Part shown: one piece after another, positions 17,941 to 28,500 of the stretch | Layout of the letters: each line of letters opens with the position of its first letter | Position numbering within the stretch: position 1 is the stretch's first letter | Program-made: the position numbers and the translations under genes | Notes under the pieces: generated by a model | Databases searched by the model: none | What the model was told of the DNA's origin: nothing | What the model saw: the letters and a program-made list of their open reading frames with translations, nothing else | Assembly: GCA_964525755.1 (NCBI GenBank) | Contig: CAZGIK010000004.1 | Span: 16,170-80,169 of the forward strand | Reading direction: 5' to 3' | DNA length: 64,000 nt | DNA from: an uncultured Verrucomicrobiota bacterium | GTDB taxonomy: Bacteria > Verrucomicrobiota > Verrucomicrobiia > Limisphaerales > UBA9464

Positions 17941-19227
17941 CTACTCGCCGGCAGGGACCGGGACGATCCGGGAGATCTTGTCCGCCACCACCCCGGTGAA
18001 CCATCCGCCGTACTCCGCCAGGTACAGCGCGCCGTCGGGTCCCTGCTGCATGGCCATGATCCCGGCGGTGAACCCCCGGGCGAACGGCACGGTCTCCGTC
18101 ACCCGGTTGCCGTCGGGATCCACCCGCGCAAACCGGATCCATTTCCGCACCCAGTCGGCGTAGAACATGCCGTTGGACCACGTCGGGGGAAACGCCCGCT
18201 CCCCGCGCGGGCGCAGGAACGGACCGCTGGTGGCGTTGGCCCCGTTGTCGTGCACCCACGTGACCCATGGGGCCACCGCGTCGGGCAGCGGACAGTCCCC
18301 GCCGTAGGTCCCCAGGTTCTCCCCCATGCAGCGGGGCCACCCGTAGTTGCCCCCGGGCCGGAGCCAGTTGATCTCCTCCCAGTCCTCCTTCCGGTCATAC
18401 CCCACCTCGCCCACGTATACGTTGCCGGTCACCGGATCGATGTTCATCGAGTACGGATTGCGATGCCCGTAGGTGTAGACCGCCGGATGCGCATCGGGGC
18501 GGCCCACGAACGGGTTGTCGCCCGGGATGCTCCCGTCGAGGTTCAGCCGGAGGGTCTTGCCCCGCAGGTCGGACAGCACCTGCGGCGGGTTGGTCGGGTC
18601 CGCATGGAAGGACTCGGTGTCGCTCGAGACGTTGTTGTCGCCGGTGGTGACGTAGAGCTTGCGGTCGACCGGATTGAACTCGAGCGCGCCGCCCTGGTGG
18701 AATCCGCGGGTCGACGGGATGGCGATCAGGACCTTCCTGCTTTCCGGGACGATCCGCGTGGCCCGTTCCGGCCGGTCGACCGTGAAGCGGGCGACCACGT
18801 TGGTCCACGCCGTGGCGTTCGTCGGCACGTGGGGGGCGTAGTGGACGTAGAGGTGCCCGTTGCGGAGGTAGTCCGGATCGAACTCCAGCCCGTGCAGTCC
18901 GCGTTCGTTCGCCTCCCGGCCGGGGATCGGTTCCCAGCAGACATCCAGCCGGGCGATCTCCTCGTGGCGCCCCGACGCCGGGTCCCACGCCCAGATGTTC
19001 CCCCGCCGCCCGGTGAACCACAGGCGGCCGTCGGGCGAGAACTTCAGGTACACCGGCTCCGGGATGCCGCCCATGACGAGGATCTCGTAGCGGAACCCGC
19101 GCGGCACGCGGACCGACCGGGTGGCCTCGGCGCGCTGGGCCGGATCGGCCGCCGCGCCGGGCTCGTCGGCCGCGGCCCGATGGAATGCCAGGAGGGCGAG
19201 GAGGCCCCCGAGGAGATGACGTGTCAT
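17941..19227 (-). CDS. PQQ-dependent sugar (glucose/sorbosone) dehydrogenase-family beta-propeller, secreted
   Basis: Signal peptide MTRHLLGGLLALLAF. Motifs GFHQGGALEFNP..LYVTTGDNN and YTYGHRNPYSMNIDPVTGNVYVGEVG..EEINWLRPGGNYGWP are typical of the soluble GSDH family. Confidence 0.8.
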   Translation of the reverse strand: MTRHLLGGLLALLAFHRAAADEPGAAADPAQRAEATRSVRVPRGFRYEILVMGGIPEPVYLKFSPDGRLWFTGRRGNIWAWDPASGRHEEIARLDVCWEPIPGREANERGLHGLEFDPDYLRNGHLYVHYAPHVPTNATAWTNVVARFTVDRPERATRIVPESRKVLIAIPSTRGFHQGGALEFNPVDRKLYVTTGDNNVSSDTESFHADPTNPPQVLSDLRGKTLRLNLDGSIPGDNPFVGRPDAHPAVYTYGHRNPYSMNIDPVTGNVYVGEVGYDRKEDWEEINWLRPGGNYGWPRCMGENLGTYGGDCPLPDAVAPWVTWVHDNGANATSGPFLRPRGERAFPPTWSNGMFYADWVRKWIRFARVDPDGNRVTETVPFARGFTAGIMAMQQGPDGALYLAEYGGWFTGVVADKISRIVPVPAGE

Positions 19228-19296
19228 GCGGCCGCAGACGCTGGGCCATCACCCGGTCGAATCAATCCCGAAACGGCTCCGCCGCATGGATGCGGC

Positions 19297-20376
19297 TCAA
19301 CCGGCCGCACGCAGGGTGCCGCCGTCGACCTCCCACCGGTGCAGGCGGGCTCCCAGCTCGTGCGGCCAGCTCTCCTCGGTGCAGGTCATGAACACCTGTC
19401 CGCCCGACCGGTGGCTCCGCTCCAGCAGCGGCAGCAGGCCGGCCCGGCGTCGGGCGTCGAGCTCGCCCATCACGTCGTCGATCAGCAGGACCGGCAGGCT
19501 GCCGTGCACCTCGGCCAGCATCTCCGCCTGGGCCATCTTGAGCGCGAGCACCACGCTCCGCTTCTGGCCCTCGCTCCCGAAGGCCGCCACCGGACGGTCG
19601 TCGAGGGTGAGGTGCAGGTCGTCCCGATGGGGCCCGACCAGCGTGGTCCGATACGCCCGTTCCCGCGGCCGGGTCCGGGCGAGTTCCGTCGCAAGGTCCC
19701 CGCGGCAGCTCGGCGCGTATTCCATCCGCAGGGCGTCGGCCCCGTGGGCGATGCGTCCATGGGCGGCGGCGGCCACCGGGGCGATGCGCGGCACCAGGTC
19801 CCGGCGCTCGGCCACCAGCTGTTCCCCGAGCATCACCAGCTCCCGGGTGAACCCGTCGAGCGCGCCCTCGTCCGGCGGATTCCCCCGCAGGAGGGCGTTC
19901 CGTGACCGCAGGGCCTGGGTGTAGCGGAGCAGCAACGCCAGGTAGCCGGGCCGGGTCTGGGCGAGGAGCAGGTCGAGGAACCGCCGCCGGACCCGCGCCG
20001 CACCCTTCACCAACTGGAGGTCCTCGGTGCAGAACACCACCGCGCGCAGGGTGCCGAGATAGTCGGCGAGGCGCCGGACCGGGCGTTCGTCGAGGGAGAG
20101 CCGACGTTCCCGCGGCGACCAGTAGGCCTTCACCTCGTGGGTCCCCTGCCCGACCACGGTGGCGCCCACGAAATACCCGCGGGCCCCGTGGCGGATCATC
20201 TGGGCGCCACCCACCCCCCGGAACGAGCGCAGGGTGGCGATGAGGTAGACGGCCTCGAGGAGGTTGGTCTTGCCCTGCCCGTTGGCCCCGAGGAACACAT
20301 GGAACCCGGGCTCGAACGCGGCCTCCATCCGCGGATAGTTGCGGAAGTCGCGCAGCTTGAGGGCGGCCACGTGCAC
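19297..20376 (-). CDS. recF: DNA replication/repair protein RecF
   Basis: LKLRDFRNY..FLGANGQGKTNLLEAVYL (P-loop), SGGQ-like FGSEGQKRSVVLALKMAQ signature, LLIDDVMGELD Walker B. Confidence 0.9.
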   Translation of the reverse strand: MHVAALKLRDFRNYPRMEAAFEPGFHVFLGANGQGKTNLLEAVYLIATLRSFRGVGGAQMIRHGARGYFVGATVVGQGTHEVKAYWSPRERRLSLDERPVRRLADYLGTLRAVVFCTEDLQLVKGAARVRRRFLDLLLAQTRPGYLALLLRYTQALRSRNALLRGNPPDEGALDGFTRELVMLGEQLVAERRDLVPRIAPVAAAAHGRIAHGADALRMEYAPSCRGDLATELARTRPRERAYRTTLVGPHRDDLHLTLDDRPVAAFGSEGQKRSVVLALKMAQAEMLAEVHGSLPVLLIDDVMGELDARRRAGLLPLLERSHRSGGQVFMTCTEESWPHELGARLHRWEVDGGTLRAAG

Positions 20377-20386
20377 GGGTGGACGG

Positions 20387-21847
20387 TCAGGCCAGGACCC
20401 CGCGGACGACGTCCCCGGCGATGTCGGTGAGCCGGAAGTCGCGTCCCTGGTAGCGGTAGGTCAGGCGCTCGTGGTCGATCCCCAGCAGGTGCAGCAGCGT
20501 GGCGTGCAGGTCGTGCACATGGACCGGGTCCTCGACCACGTTGTAGCCGAAGTCATCCGTGGCGCCGTAGACCGTTCCCGCCCGGACCCCGCCGCCCGCC
20601 ATCCACATGGAGAAGCAGCGCGGATGGTGGTCCCGTCCGTAGTCGGTCGCCGTGAGCTTCCCCTGGGAGTAGGCCGTCCGGCCGAACTCGCCGCCCCAGA
20701 TCACCAGCGTGTCGTCGAGCAGTCCCCGCTGCCGCAGGTCGGTCAGCAGGCCATGGCAGGGCTGGTCGGTCTCGCGGCACTGCTGCCGGATGCCCCCCGG
20801 CAAGCCGCCGTGCTGGTCCCAGCCCTGGTGGTAGAGCTGGATGAACTTCACCCCCCGCTCCGCCAACCGTCGCGCCATCAGGCAGTTCGCGGCGAACGAT
20901 CCCGGGGTCCGCACGTCCGGGCCGTAGAGGTCGAGCACGTGGCCCGGCTCCGACCCGATGTCGGTGGCCTCGGGCACGGACGCCTGCATCCGGTGGGCCA
21001 TCTCGTACTGGGCGATCCGGGCGTCGAGCCCGGGGTCGTCGAGTCGTTCCCGGGCCAGTCCATGCAGTTCCCGCAACCCCGAGAGCATCCGCCGCCGGCC
21101 CTCGGCCGACAGTCCCGGCGGGTCATTGAGGTACAGCACCGGCTCGCGCCCCGCGCGGAACTGGGTGCCCTGGTACTGCGAGGGGAGGAATCCGTTGCCC
21201 CAGAGCCGCGAGTACAGCGGCTGTCCCCCCTTGCCCTTCGTCACCAGCACCACGAAGGCCGGCAGGTTCTCGTTGTCGGAACCCAGCCCGTACTGGACCC
21301 AGGCGCCGATGCTCGGCCGGCCGGAGATCTGGGATCCGGTCTGGAGGAAGGTGATGGCCGGGTCGTGGTTGATCGCCTCGGTGTGGACCGACCGGATCAC
21401 GCACAACTCGTCGACCACTTTCGCGGTGTGGGGCAGCAGGTCGCTGACCCAAGTCCCGGAACGCCCATGCTGGCGGAACGGGAAGATCGAGCCGGCCAAC
21501 GGCAGCGACGCCTGGTTCCCGGACATCCCGGTCAGCCGCTGGCCCCGTCGGACGGACTCCGGAAGCTCCTCCCCGTTGCGGGCGTTGAGGACCGGCTTGT
21601 GGTCCCACGTCTCCAACTGCGACGGGCCGCCACTCTGGAAGAGGTAGATCACCCGACGCACCCGGGGCGGATGATGGGGCAACCCGGCTACGCCGCCGCC
21701 CGGGGCTCCGGCCGCCCGGGCGCTTCCGCCGGCGAGGAGGTGGGCCAGGGCGATGCCCCCGAGGCCGAGACCGGATCGGGTGAGGAAATCCCGCCGGCTC
21801 CACCCGGCGATGGATTGCGGTCCGGAACAGGAAGCGGATGGGTTCAT
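20387..21847 (-). CDS. DUF1501 domain protein (sulfatase/alkaline-phosphatase-fold), Tat signal
   Basis: Twin-arginine N-terminus SRRDFLTRSGLGLGGIALAHLLA. Conserved DUF1501-like blocks GGPSQLETWD.., CVIRSVHTEAINHDP, WDQHG, GEFGRT, GRDHHP, HDLHATLLHLLGIDHERLTY. Starts 1 nt after the stop of the upstream DUF1553 gene. Confidence 0.85.
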   Translation of the reverse strand: MNPSASCSGPQSIAGWSRRDFLTRSGLGLGGIALAHLLAGGSARAAGAPGGGVAGLPHHPPRVRRVIYLFQSGGPSQLETWDHKPVLNARNGEELPESVRRGQRLTGMSGNQASLPLAGSIFPFRQHGRSGTWVSDLLPHTAKVVDELCVIRSVHTEAINHDPAITFLQTGSQISGRPSIGAWVQYGLGSDNENLPAFVVLVTKGKGGQPLYSRLWGNGFLPSQYQGTQFRAGREPVLYLNDPPGLSAEGRRRMLSGLRELHGLARERLDDPGLDARIAQYEMAHRMQASVPEATDIGSEPGHVLDLYGPDVRTPGSFAANCLMARRLAERGVKFIQLYHQGWDQHGGLPGGIRQQCRETDQPCHGLLTDLRQRGLLDDTLVIWGGEFGRTAYSQGKLTATDYGRDHHPRCFSMWMAGGGVRAGTVYGATDDFGYNVVEDPVHVHDLHATLLHLLGIDHERLTYRYQGRDFRLTDIAGDVVRGVLA

Positions 21848-21848
21848 G

Positions 21849-24800
21849 TCAGCGCTGGGTCACGAATTCGTCGTGGTTGAGGACGGCACTGGCCACGGCC
21901 GTGGCCGCCGCGAGGCGGACCGCCGGGAGGTCGGCCGGCCGCGGGGCGGACCCCACGCCCAGGAAGGCCTCGGCCCCGGACGGATCGGTCGCGAACAGGG
22001 CCTCCTGCCCGTCGAACATCCGCACCAGGACGTCCGACTCCGCCGCATCGGGCCGGCGCCCGAGCAACCGCAGGAACACCGCCTCCACGAACCGGCCGGT
22101 GTCGTCGCCACACTCCCGCAGGACTCCCGCGGCGAGCACCCGCGCGGCCTCGAGGTACTGGGGATCGTTCAGGAGCACGAGCGCCTGGAGCGGGGTGGCG
22201 GTGGATTCCCGCTTGGCCGTGCACACCTCGCGCGCGGTGGCGTCGAAGGTGAGCATCGACGGCGGCGGCGCGGTGCGTCGCCAGAAGGTGTACAGGCTGC
22301 GGCGGTACAGGCCGGCGCCGGTGTCGGGCCGGTAGGATTTCCCCGTCCCCGACTCCTCCCAGACACCCGGCGGCTGGTAGGGCTTGACGCTGCGTCCGCC
22401 CACCCGGCCGACCAGCAGGCCGCTGGCCGCCAGCGCCCGGTCCCGGACCACCTCGCCGGCCAGCCGATGCCGCGGTCCGCGGGCAAGGAGCCGGTTGTCC
22501 GGATCGATCGCCCGCAGCCGGTCATCGGCCCGGGAGTCCTGCCGGTAGGTGGCACTGGTCACGATGAGCCGGTGCAGGGCCTTCCGGTCCCAGCCGCCGT
22601 CCCGGAACCCGGCCGCCAGCCAGTCGAGCAGCTCCGGATGCGTCGGCGCCCGGCCCTGGATGCCGAAGTCCTCCACTGTCGACACCAGACCCTGCCCGAA
22701 GTGCAGCTTCCAGAACCGGTTGACCGCCACCCGCGCGGTCAGGGGATTGGACGGATCGGTGAGCCATCGGGCCAGGCCGAGGCGGTTCCTCGGGGCCCCT
22801 TCCGGCCAGGGCAGGATCCGGTCAGGTACGGCCGGCGTCACCGCGTCGCCCGGGGCATCATAGGCGCCCCGGTTCAGGACGAAGGTCGGACGCCGCCCGT
22901 CCATCTCGCGCATCACCATCATCTCCCGCACCCGGGTGACGAACGCATCCTCGGCCTCGCGCGCCCCGCGCAGGGCCTCCCGGGCCGTCCGCACCCCGGG
23001 ATCCCCCCGTCGCACCCACTGCTCCCGCCGCGCCCCGGCATCCGGATCGCCGGCGTCTCCGGCCAACCGGCGGGCCTCCCACGGGGTGAGGTCGGTGTCG
23101 AACACCCGGAGGTCGTCCAGCCGACCGCCCCGCAGCCCGTTGTCCCGGAACCGGGCCCCGAGGGAGAGCCACAGGCCGTCGACATCCGAGTCGCCCCATT
23201 CCCGCCGGTGCCGGATGTCGCGGGTCAGCCCGTCCCGCACCACCTCGCAGTCGGCCCGCACGCCGTCGAGATACACCGCCATGCCCGCCGCGCGGCTGGA
23301 GCCGTCGTAGGTCACCGTGACCCGGGTCCACGCCGCGGGATCGAGCGGTTGGCGGGTGCGGATGGCGGCCGCGTTCCCGGGCCAGAAATGGATCAGCCCG
23401 AAGAACACGCGGCCCTGGTCGAGGACCACCTCGTAGCCGCGGCTCCCGGAATCGGTCCACGCCCGGGAGCCGTGGAGCACGACGGCCCGCGCATGCAGGG
23501 CGCCGGGCTGGAGACGGAACGCGAGGCTGAACGGGTCGTTCCTCGAGAACCGGCCGACCCCTCCGCAGGTGACGGCATCATCCCCGTTGAACGCCACCGC
23601 CCGGCCTTCCGCCCCGGGGACCAATTCACCCACCCCGGTGGCCGCACGCGACGGGTCCACGCGATCCGGGGAACGGCCGCCCTCGGCCTCATCGAACGGG
23701 AACCAAGCCACCGGGGCCGGCACATCCTGGGAGCCCACCGGGGCATCCGGGTCCATCCGACCGGCCGCGGCGGCCACCTCGGACCGCAACGCCGCCTCCG
23801 CCACCCCGACCGCCTCGCGCAGGCGCCGGTGCTCCTCCTCCTGCCCCGGGGCATAGAGCAGCATGGCCGGGGTCGGCGTGGACTGGGTGAAATGGGAATA
23901 GAGGCCGGACTCGTCGATGTTGTTGAAGAACGCCGCGAGGCCGTAGTAGTCGCGCTGGCTGACCGGGTCGTACTTGTGGTCGTGGCATCGGGCGCACTCC
24001 AGGGTCAGGCCGAGCATCGCGGTGCCGAAGGTGTGGACCCGGTCGGCCACGTACTCCGCCCGCCATTCCTCCTCGATGCTCCCCCCCTCGTTGGTCTGCC
24101 GATGGAGGCGGTTGAAGGCGGTGGCCAGCATCTGGTCGGCCGTCGCCCCGGGAAGGAGATCCCCCGCCAGTTGCCACCCGAGGAACCGGTCGTACGGCAA
24201 GTTATCGTTGAAGGACCGGATCACCCAGTCCCGCCAGGGGGACAGGTCGACGTCGACATCGGACTGGTACCCGTAGGTGTCGGCGAAACGCGCCAGGTCC
24301 ATCCACTCCACCGCCATCCGCTCCCCGTAGGCCGCCGAGGCCAGGAGCCGGTCGACCTGACGCTCATAGGCGTCGGGCGACCGGTCGGCGAGGAACGTCT
24401 CCAGTTCCTCCGGGGTCGGGGGGAGGCCGGTCAGGTGGAGGCTCACCCGGCGCAGGAGCGTCGTCCGGTCGGCCTCGGGGGCTGGCTTCAGTCCGGCGGC
24501 GGCCAGGCCGGCGAAGACGAACCGGTCGATCCCGTTCCGGACACGGTCCGGCCAGGGGGCGACCGGAAGCGGGGGGCGGACGACCGGCTCGAAGGCCCAG
24601 TGCCGGCCCCAGGGGGCCCCGGCGGCCACCCACTGGCGCAGGGTCTCCCGCTGGCTGTCGGAGAGCTCCCGATGCGACTCCGGCGGGGGCATCCGGTCGT
24701 CCGGGTCATCGGTCAGGATGCGTGCCACCAGGCCGCTGTCCTCCGGCCGGCCCGGGACCACCGCCGCCCGGCCCTTGGCATTGACCGCCACGGCCCCCTC

Positions 24801-25007
24801 CCGGGTGTCCAGGCGGAGTCCCGCCTTGCGACCGGTTTCCGACGGCCCGTGGCAGTGGAAGCACTTGTCGGACAGGATGGGCAGGACCTCCCGACGGAAG
24901 TCGGGCCCCGACGCCAGGGCGCCCACGGCCAGCCATCCGGCCAGGAGGGCGTGGAGGGCGGTCGCGGGGAACGGAACCAGGCGGAAACAGGCGGACCGGG
25001 ACGGCAC
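21849..25007 (-). CDS. PSCyt (planctomycete cytochrome c-like) / DUF1549 / LamG / DUF1553 protein
   Basis: Signal peptide. CxxCH at DKCFHCHGP (nt 24849-24863). DUF1549-like YERQVDRLLASAAYGERMAVEWMDLARFADT. Second CxxCH-like ECARCHDHKYDP. Central LamG-like segment (WTRVTVTYDG..AVYLDGV). DUF1553-like C-terminus (NPLTARVAVNRFWKLHFGQGLV). Confidence 0.85.
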   Translation of the reverse strand: MPSRSACFRLVPFPATALHALLAGWLAVGALASGPDFRREVLPILSDKCFHCHGPSETGRKAGLRLDTREGAVAVNAKGRAAVVPGRPEDSGLVARILTDDPDDRMPPPESHRELSDSQRETLRQWVAAGAPWGRHWAFEPVVRPPLPVAPWPDRVRNGIDRFVFAGLAAAGLKPAPEADRTTLLRRVSLHLTGLPPTPEELETFLADRSPDAYERQVDRLLASAAYGERMAVEWMDLARFADTYGYQSDVDVDLSPWRDWVIRSFNDNLPYDRFLGWQLAGDLLPGATADQMLATAFNRLHRQTNEGGSIEEEWRAEYVADRVHTFGTAMLGLTLECARCHDHKYDPVSQRDYYGLAAFFNNIDESGLYSHFTQSTPTPAMLLYAPGQEEEHRRLREAVGVAEAALRSEVAAAAGRMDPDAPVGSQDVPAPVAWFPFDEAEGGRSPDRVDPSRAATGVGELVPGAEGRAVAFNGDDAVTCGGVGRFSRNDPFSLAFRLQPGALHARAVVLHGSRAWTDSGSRGYEVVLDQGRVFFGLIHFWPGNAAAIRTRQPLDPAAWTRVTVTYDGSSRAAGMAVYLDGVRADCEVVRDGLTRDIRHRREWGDSDVDGLWLSLGARFRDNGLRGGRLDDLRVFDTDLTPWEARRLAGDAGDPDAGARREQWVRRGDPGVRTAREALRGAREAEDAFVTRVREMMVMREMDGRRPTFVLNRGAYDAPGDAVTPAVPDRILPWPEGAPRNRLGLARWLTDPSNPLTARVAVNRFWKLHFGQGLVSTVEDFGIQGRAPTHPELLDWLAAGFRDGGWDRKALHRLIVTSATYRQDSRADDRLRAIDPDNRLLARGPRHRLAGEVVRDRALAASGLLVGRVGGRSVKPYQPPGVWEESGTGKSYRPDTGAGLYRRSLYTFWRRTAPPPSMLTFDATAREVCTAKRESTATPLQALVLLNDPQYLEAARVLAAGVLRECGDDTGRFVEAVFLRLLGRRPDAAESDVLVRMFDGQEALFATDPSGAEAFLGVGSAPRPADLPAVRLAAATAVASAVLNHDEFVTQR

Positions 25008-25061
25008 GGCGGGAACCTACCGCGAGGTCCGTCGACAGGCGAACCGAAACCCGGCGCCGGA

Positions 25062-25544
25062 TCATCCGACGCCGAGACGGTCGCGGAGGGCCGATTCGAC
25101 GTTGGGCGGCACGAACGGGGTCACGCGGCCGCCCAGGCGGGCGATCTCCTTCACGATCCGGGAGCTGAGGAAGGAGTAGGTGTCGCGCGGCATCAGGAAG
25201 ATCGTCTCGATGCTCTCGTCGAGCTTGCGGTTCATCAGGGCGAGCTGGAACTCGAACTCGAAGTCGCTGACCGCCCGGAGTCCCCGGACGATCGCCCCGG
25301 CGCCCACCTCGACGGCATAGTTCACCAGGAGGCCGGTGAAGGCGCGGGCCTCGACGTTCGGCAGATGCCGGACCGAGTCCGCCACCAGCCGCGTGCGCTC
25401 GTCCCGGTCGAACAGCGGCTGCTTCGCCTCGTTGGCGGCCACCGCCACGATCACCCGGTCGAAGAGCTTCGCCGCCCGCTCGGTGACGTCGAGGTGCCCG
25501 TTGGTGAACGGGTCGAAGCTTCCCGGGTAGATCGCCGTGCGCAT
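25062..25544 (-). CDS. coaD: Phosphopantetheine adenylyltransferase
   Basis: MRTAIYPGSFDPFTNGHLDV..VAVAANEAKQPLF..ISSRIVKEI; canonical 160-aa CoaD. Confidence 0.9.
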   Translation of the reverse strand: MRTAIYPGSFDPFTNGHLDVTERAAKLFDRVIVAVAANEAKQPLFDRDERTRLVADSVRHLPNVEARAFTGLLVNYAVEVGAGAIVRGLRAVSDFEFEFQLALMNRKLDESIETIFLMPRDTYSFLSSRIVKEIARLGGRVTPFVPPNVESALRDRLGVG

Positions 25545-25597
25545 GGACGGGGCATATCAGCCGGCCGGACGTTTGCCGACCGGAAAACCGGTGTCGC

Positions 25598-28500
25598 TCA
25601 CCGGCGGCGGAAGGTGAGCCGGAAGAAACCCTGCCCGGCATCCGACGTCACCCCCAGGCGCAGCATCTGTCCCCCGGCCCGGGGCACCCGCACCGCACCG
25701 TCGACCGGGGTCCACCCGTCGGCCGTCAGCCCGACGCTCCCCAGCACCCCGATCTCGAGATCCTCCAGCCCGAGGGCCAGCGGGACCTCGAGCTCCACCC
25801 GGTCTCCGAATGGTGACACCCGCGGCGCCGGACCCGGCCCTGCCACCAGCGGCAGCGTCCCCAAGGCGTACTCCACCAGGTTCGGCAGGTCGTCCCCGTC
25901 GGGATCGTCGTCCGGGCCGTCCAGTCCGGCGGGCAGCGACTGGACCGCCACCCAGTCGGCGAATCCCGCCGGGCCGGTGCTCCACGCCGGGCTGGGAGGG
26001 GCGGCCCGCCAGTTGGCCACGTCGTTCCCGTACGCCGTCTCCAGCCTCCGCACCAGGGCGCTCCCCGCACCGTCCGCCGCCACGGGCCACGGGAACGAAT
26101 CGGAGTAGTTCACCCGGTCGACCCGGACAAACCGCCGGATGCCGTCGGACCCCGGTCCCCCGGGCTCCGACAGTTCAAGGGTCTCCCCGGAGTTGCTGAG
26201 CCCTCCCCCCTCCCATTCCAGGATCGTTGTTCCCTGGGGAACGGCATAGGCCTGCCCGAACGCCGTCCGGTCGCGGACCAGGAGGACCCGGCCGCCCGGG
26301 GGCAGGGTCAGCGGCGGGTCGATGGGGAAGAGGAACTCGATCCCGCCGGTGAACCGCCACGGCTCCCCGCTGGCCGGGTCGAACAGGGTGACCGGGCTCC
26401 CGGCGAGGTTCACCAGCTCGACGTACTCGGCCGCCCCGTCGCCGGGCGGGTGGTACATCACCTCGGAGATCACCACCGGACCGACCCGCGGGGCGGCATT
26501 GGCGGCTCCCGGGGTGGGGGCGGACAGGGCGACGAAGTTGTACGTCCGCGTCGACGCCTTGTAGTGGCGTCCCAGGGATTCGTCGGGCCGGCTGGCCCCG
26601 AACTCCTCGGTCTCGAGATAGTCGGGCACCAGGCCCCCGCCGGGGCCGAGGAGACGCACGGTGTCGCCATCCGCTCCCAGGGCAAACGGTGTCAGGCACC
26701 CGGGATCCCGTCCCGGCGCCCCGAACGTCTCGGCCTCCCGGAACACCCGGTACCCGCCGCCCGGAAGGACCGTGCCGTCGGCGATCCGGTACTTGTACGG
26801 ATCGGGCCCGCTGTCGCTCAGGTACCAGCCGCCGATGTCCACCGGGACCGCCCCCGCGTTGTGCAGTTCGATCCAGTCCCCGTCCGTCCCCCCGCCCCGG
26901 GCCAGCACCTCGTTGATGACGATCACCCCGGGCGGGAGGAAGGGATAGTCGGCCGGGTCGAACACATAGCCCGCGCCCAGATCGACCCGGCTCCCGTCGG
27001 GATCCGGCGCATGGGCCGGATCCCCCGCGTCGATCGCCGGCGAGCCCGGCCGCAGCGAGAAGTCGTACCCGGCCGCATCGGTGAAGAGCGGATCGGCCAG
27101 CAGGTTGGCCTCGCCGGATAACGGCAGGGTGTCGGACATCGAGTACCGGACGACCGCCACCGAGAGTGCGTCGACATCCACCGGGACGTCCCGGCTGCGC
27201 GAGAAGATGGAGTTCGCGATCTGCGCCGAGCCGCCGCCGTCGAGGAGGTTCTTCTCGTACACGGCCACGGCGGTGTCGTTCCGGGCGAAGGTGTTGCCGT
27301 CGATCACCGCCAGCGATCCCGTGTCCTTGATGCCGACGCCGAGGGCGCAGCCGACGATCAGGTTGTGGCGGAGGATCACGTGGGACCCCTGCCCCACCGA
27401 GACGCCCTTGTCCGAGTTGTTGAAGATCACGTTCCCCTCGACGAGCAGGTTCACGCAGCCCTCGCCCACGTCGATCCCGTCGCTGTTGGGACCGCGGAAC
27501 GAATGGATCCGGTTGTCCCGGATCACCCCGTCGACCACGCCGTCGAAGTCGATCGCGTCGGTGTCCGGGCTCGCCGCGCCGGTGAAGGTGCAGCGTTCCA
27601 CCCGCCCGGCCCCCTGCTTGACGTTGATGCCGTCGCCGGTGAACTGGATGTGGATCCGGCTGTCGAGCAGGGTGGTGCTTCCGCCCCGCGCGAACACCGG
27701 GAACGGCGTCTCGATGTTGGCGTGGTCGATCCGGACATCCGACCGCAGGTTGGACACCGCGGCGACCTCGTTCACCGGGTCGTTCCCGAGGGACGCATCG
27801 CGCACGACGACATGGGACAGGACCGAGGGACCGGTGGCGTCGACGATGGCGATGGCCCCCCATGGGCGGCCGGGGGTCAGGGCCTCGAACCGGACCGGGG
27901 CCGCCGCGGTGCCGGCGACCCTCAGGGCCCCGTGGACCCGGAGGTCGGCGGCCGGAGGCAACCTCACGGTCACCCCCTCACCAATCGTGAGCGTGACCCC
28001 GGGGGGCACCTCGACGGTTCCCTTGGCGAGGTAGACCGCACCGGCGGGTCCGAGGGTCGTGTCGGCGGCGATCACCAGGGGGAGGACCTGCTCGCCGGTC
28101 GGAACAAAGCCGGCCCGGAGCTGGAAGTCCGACCGGCCCACGAGCGTGCGCCGGGGACCCGCGGTGGACCCGTCGCTCCAGCCGGCAAACCGGAAGCCGG
28201 GCGCGGGCTCGGCCTCCAGCTCGAGCGGGAGCCCGGGGAACACGCGGACGGCGTTGGTGTACTCGGGAAGGAAGGGAACCCCGTGCAGCCGGAGGCGCCC
28301 GCCGGCGGGGGGATCGATCTCGAGCCCGAGCATCGAGGTTCCCGAAATGCCGAGGTGGTTGGCGATCCCGGCAAGAACCCCGTTGGCCCGGCCGGCGGCG
28401 AACTGACGGATCTCCTGCATCTCCCCCTCGCGGACCGACCGCGAGGCAAACCCGCCCCGGGTCCCCCACCGGGCGATGTGCCGGTCGATCTCCGGATCCA

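Noticed and set aside
16033-19905. 1,290-aa plus-strand ORF across murJ, the sugar dehydrogenase and recF
   Set aside because: It is an antisense shadow of three well-supported minus-strand genes, with low-complexity Arg/Gly/Pro/Glu composition. The same reasoning applies to 21753..26108, 27365..30151, 31172..33340, 32040..34022, 37888..41517, 42275..45094, 43405..46182, 53791..55221, 56768..58162, 58006..59601 and 59771..61237.
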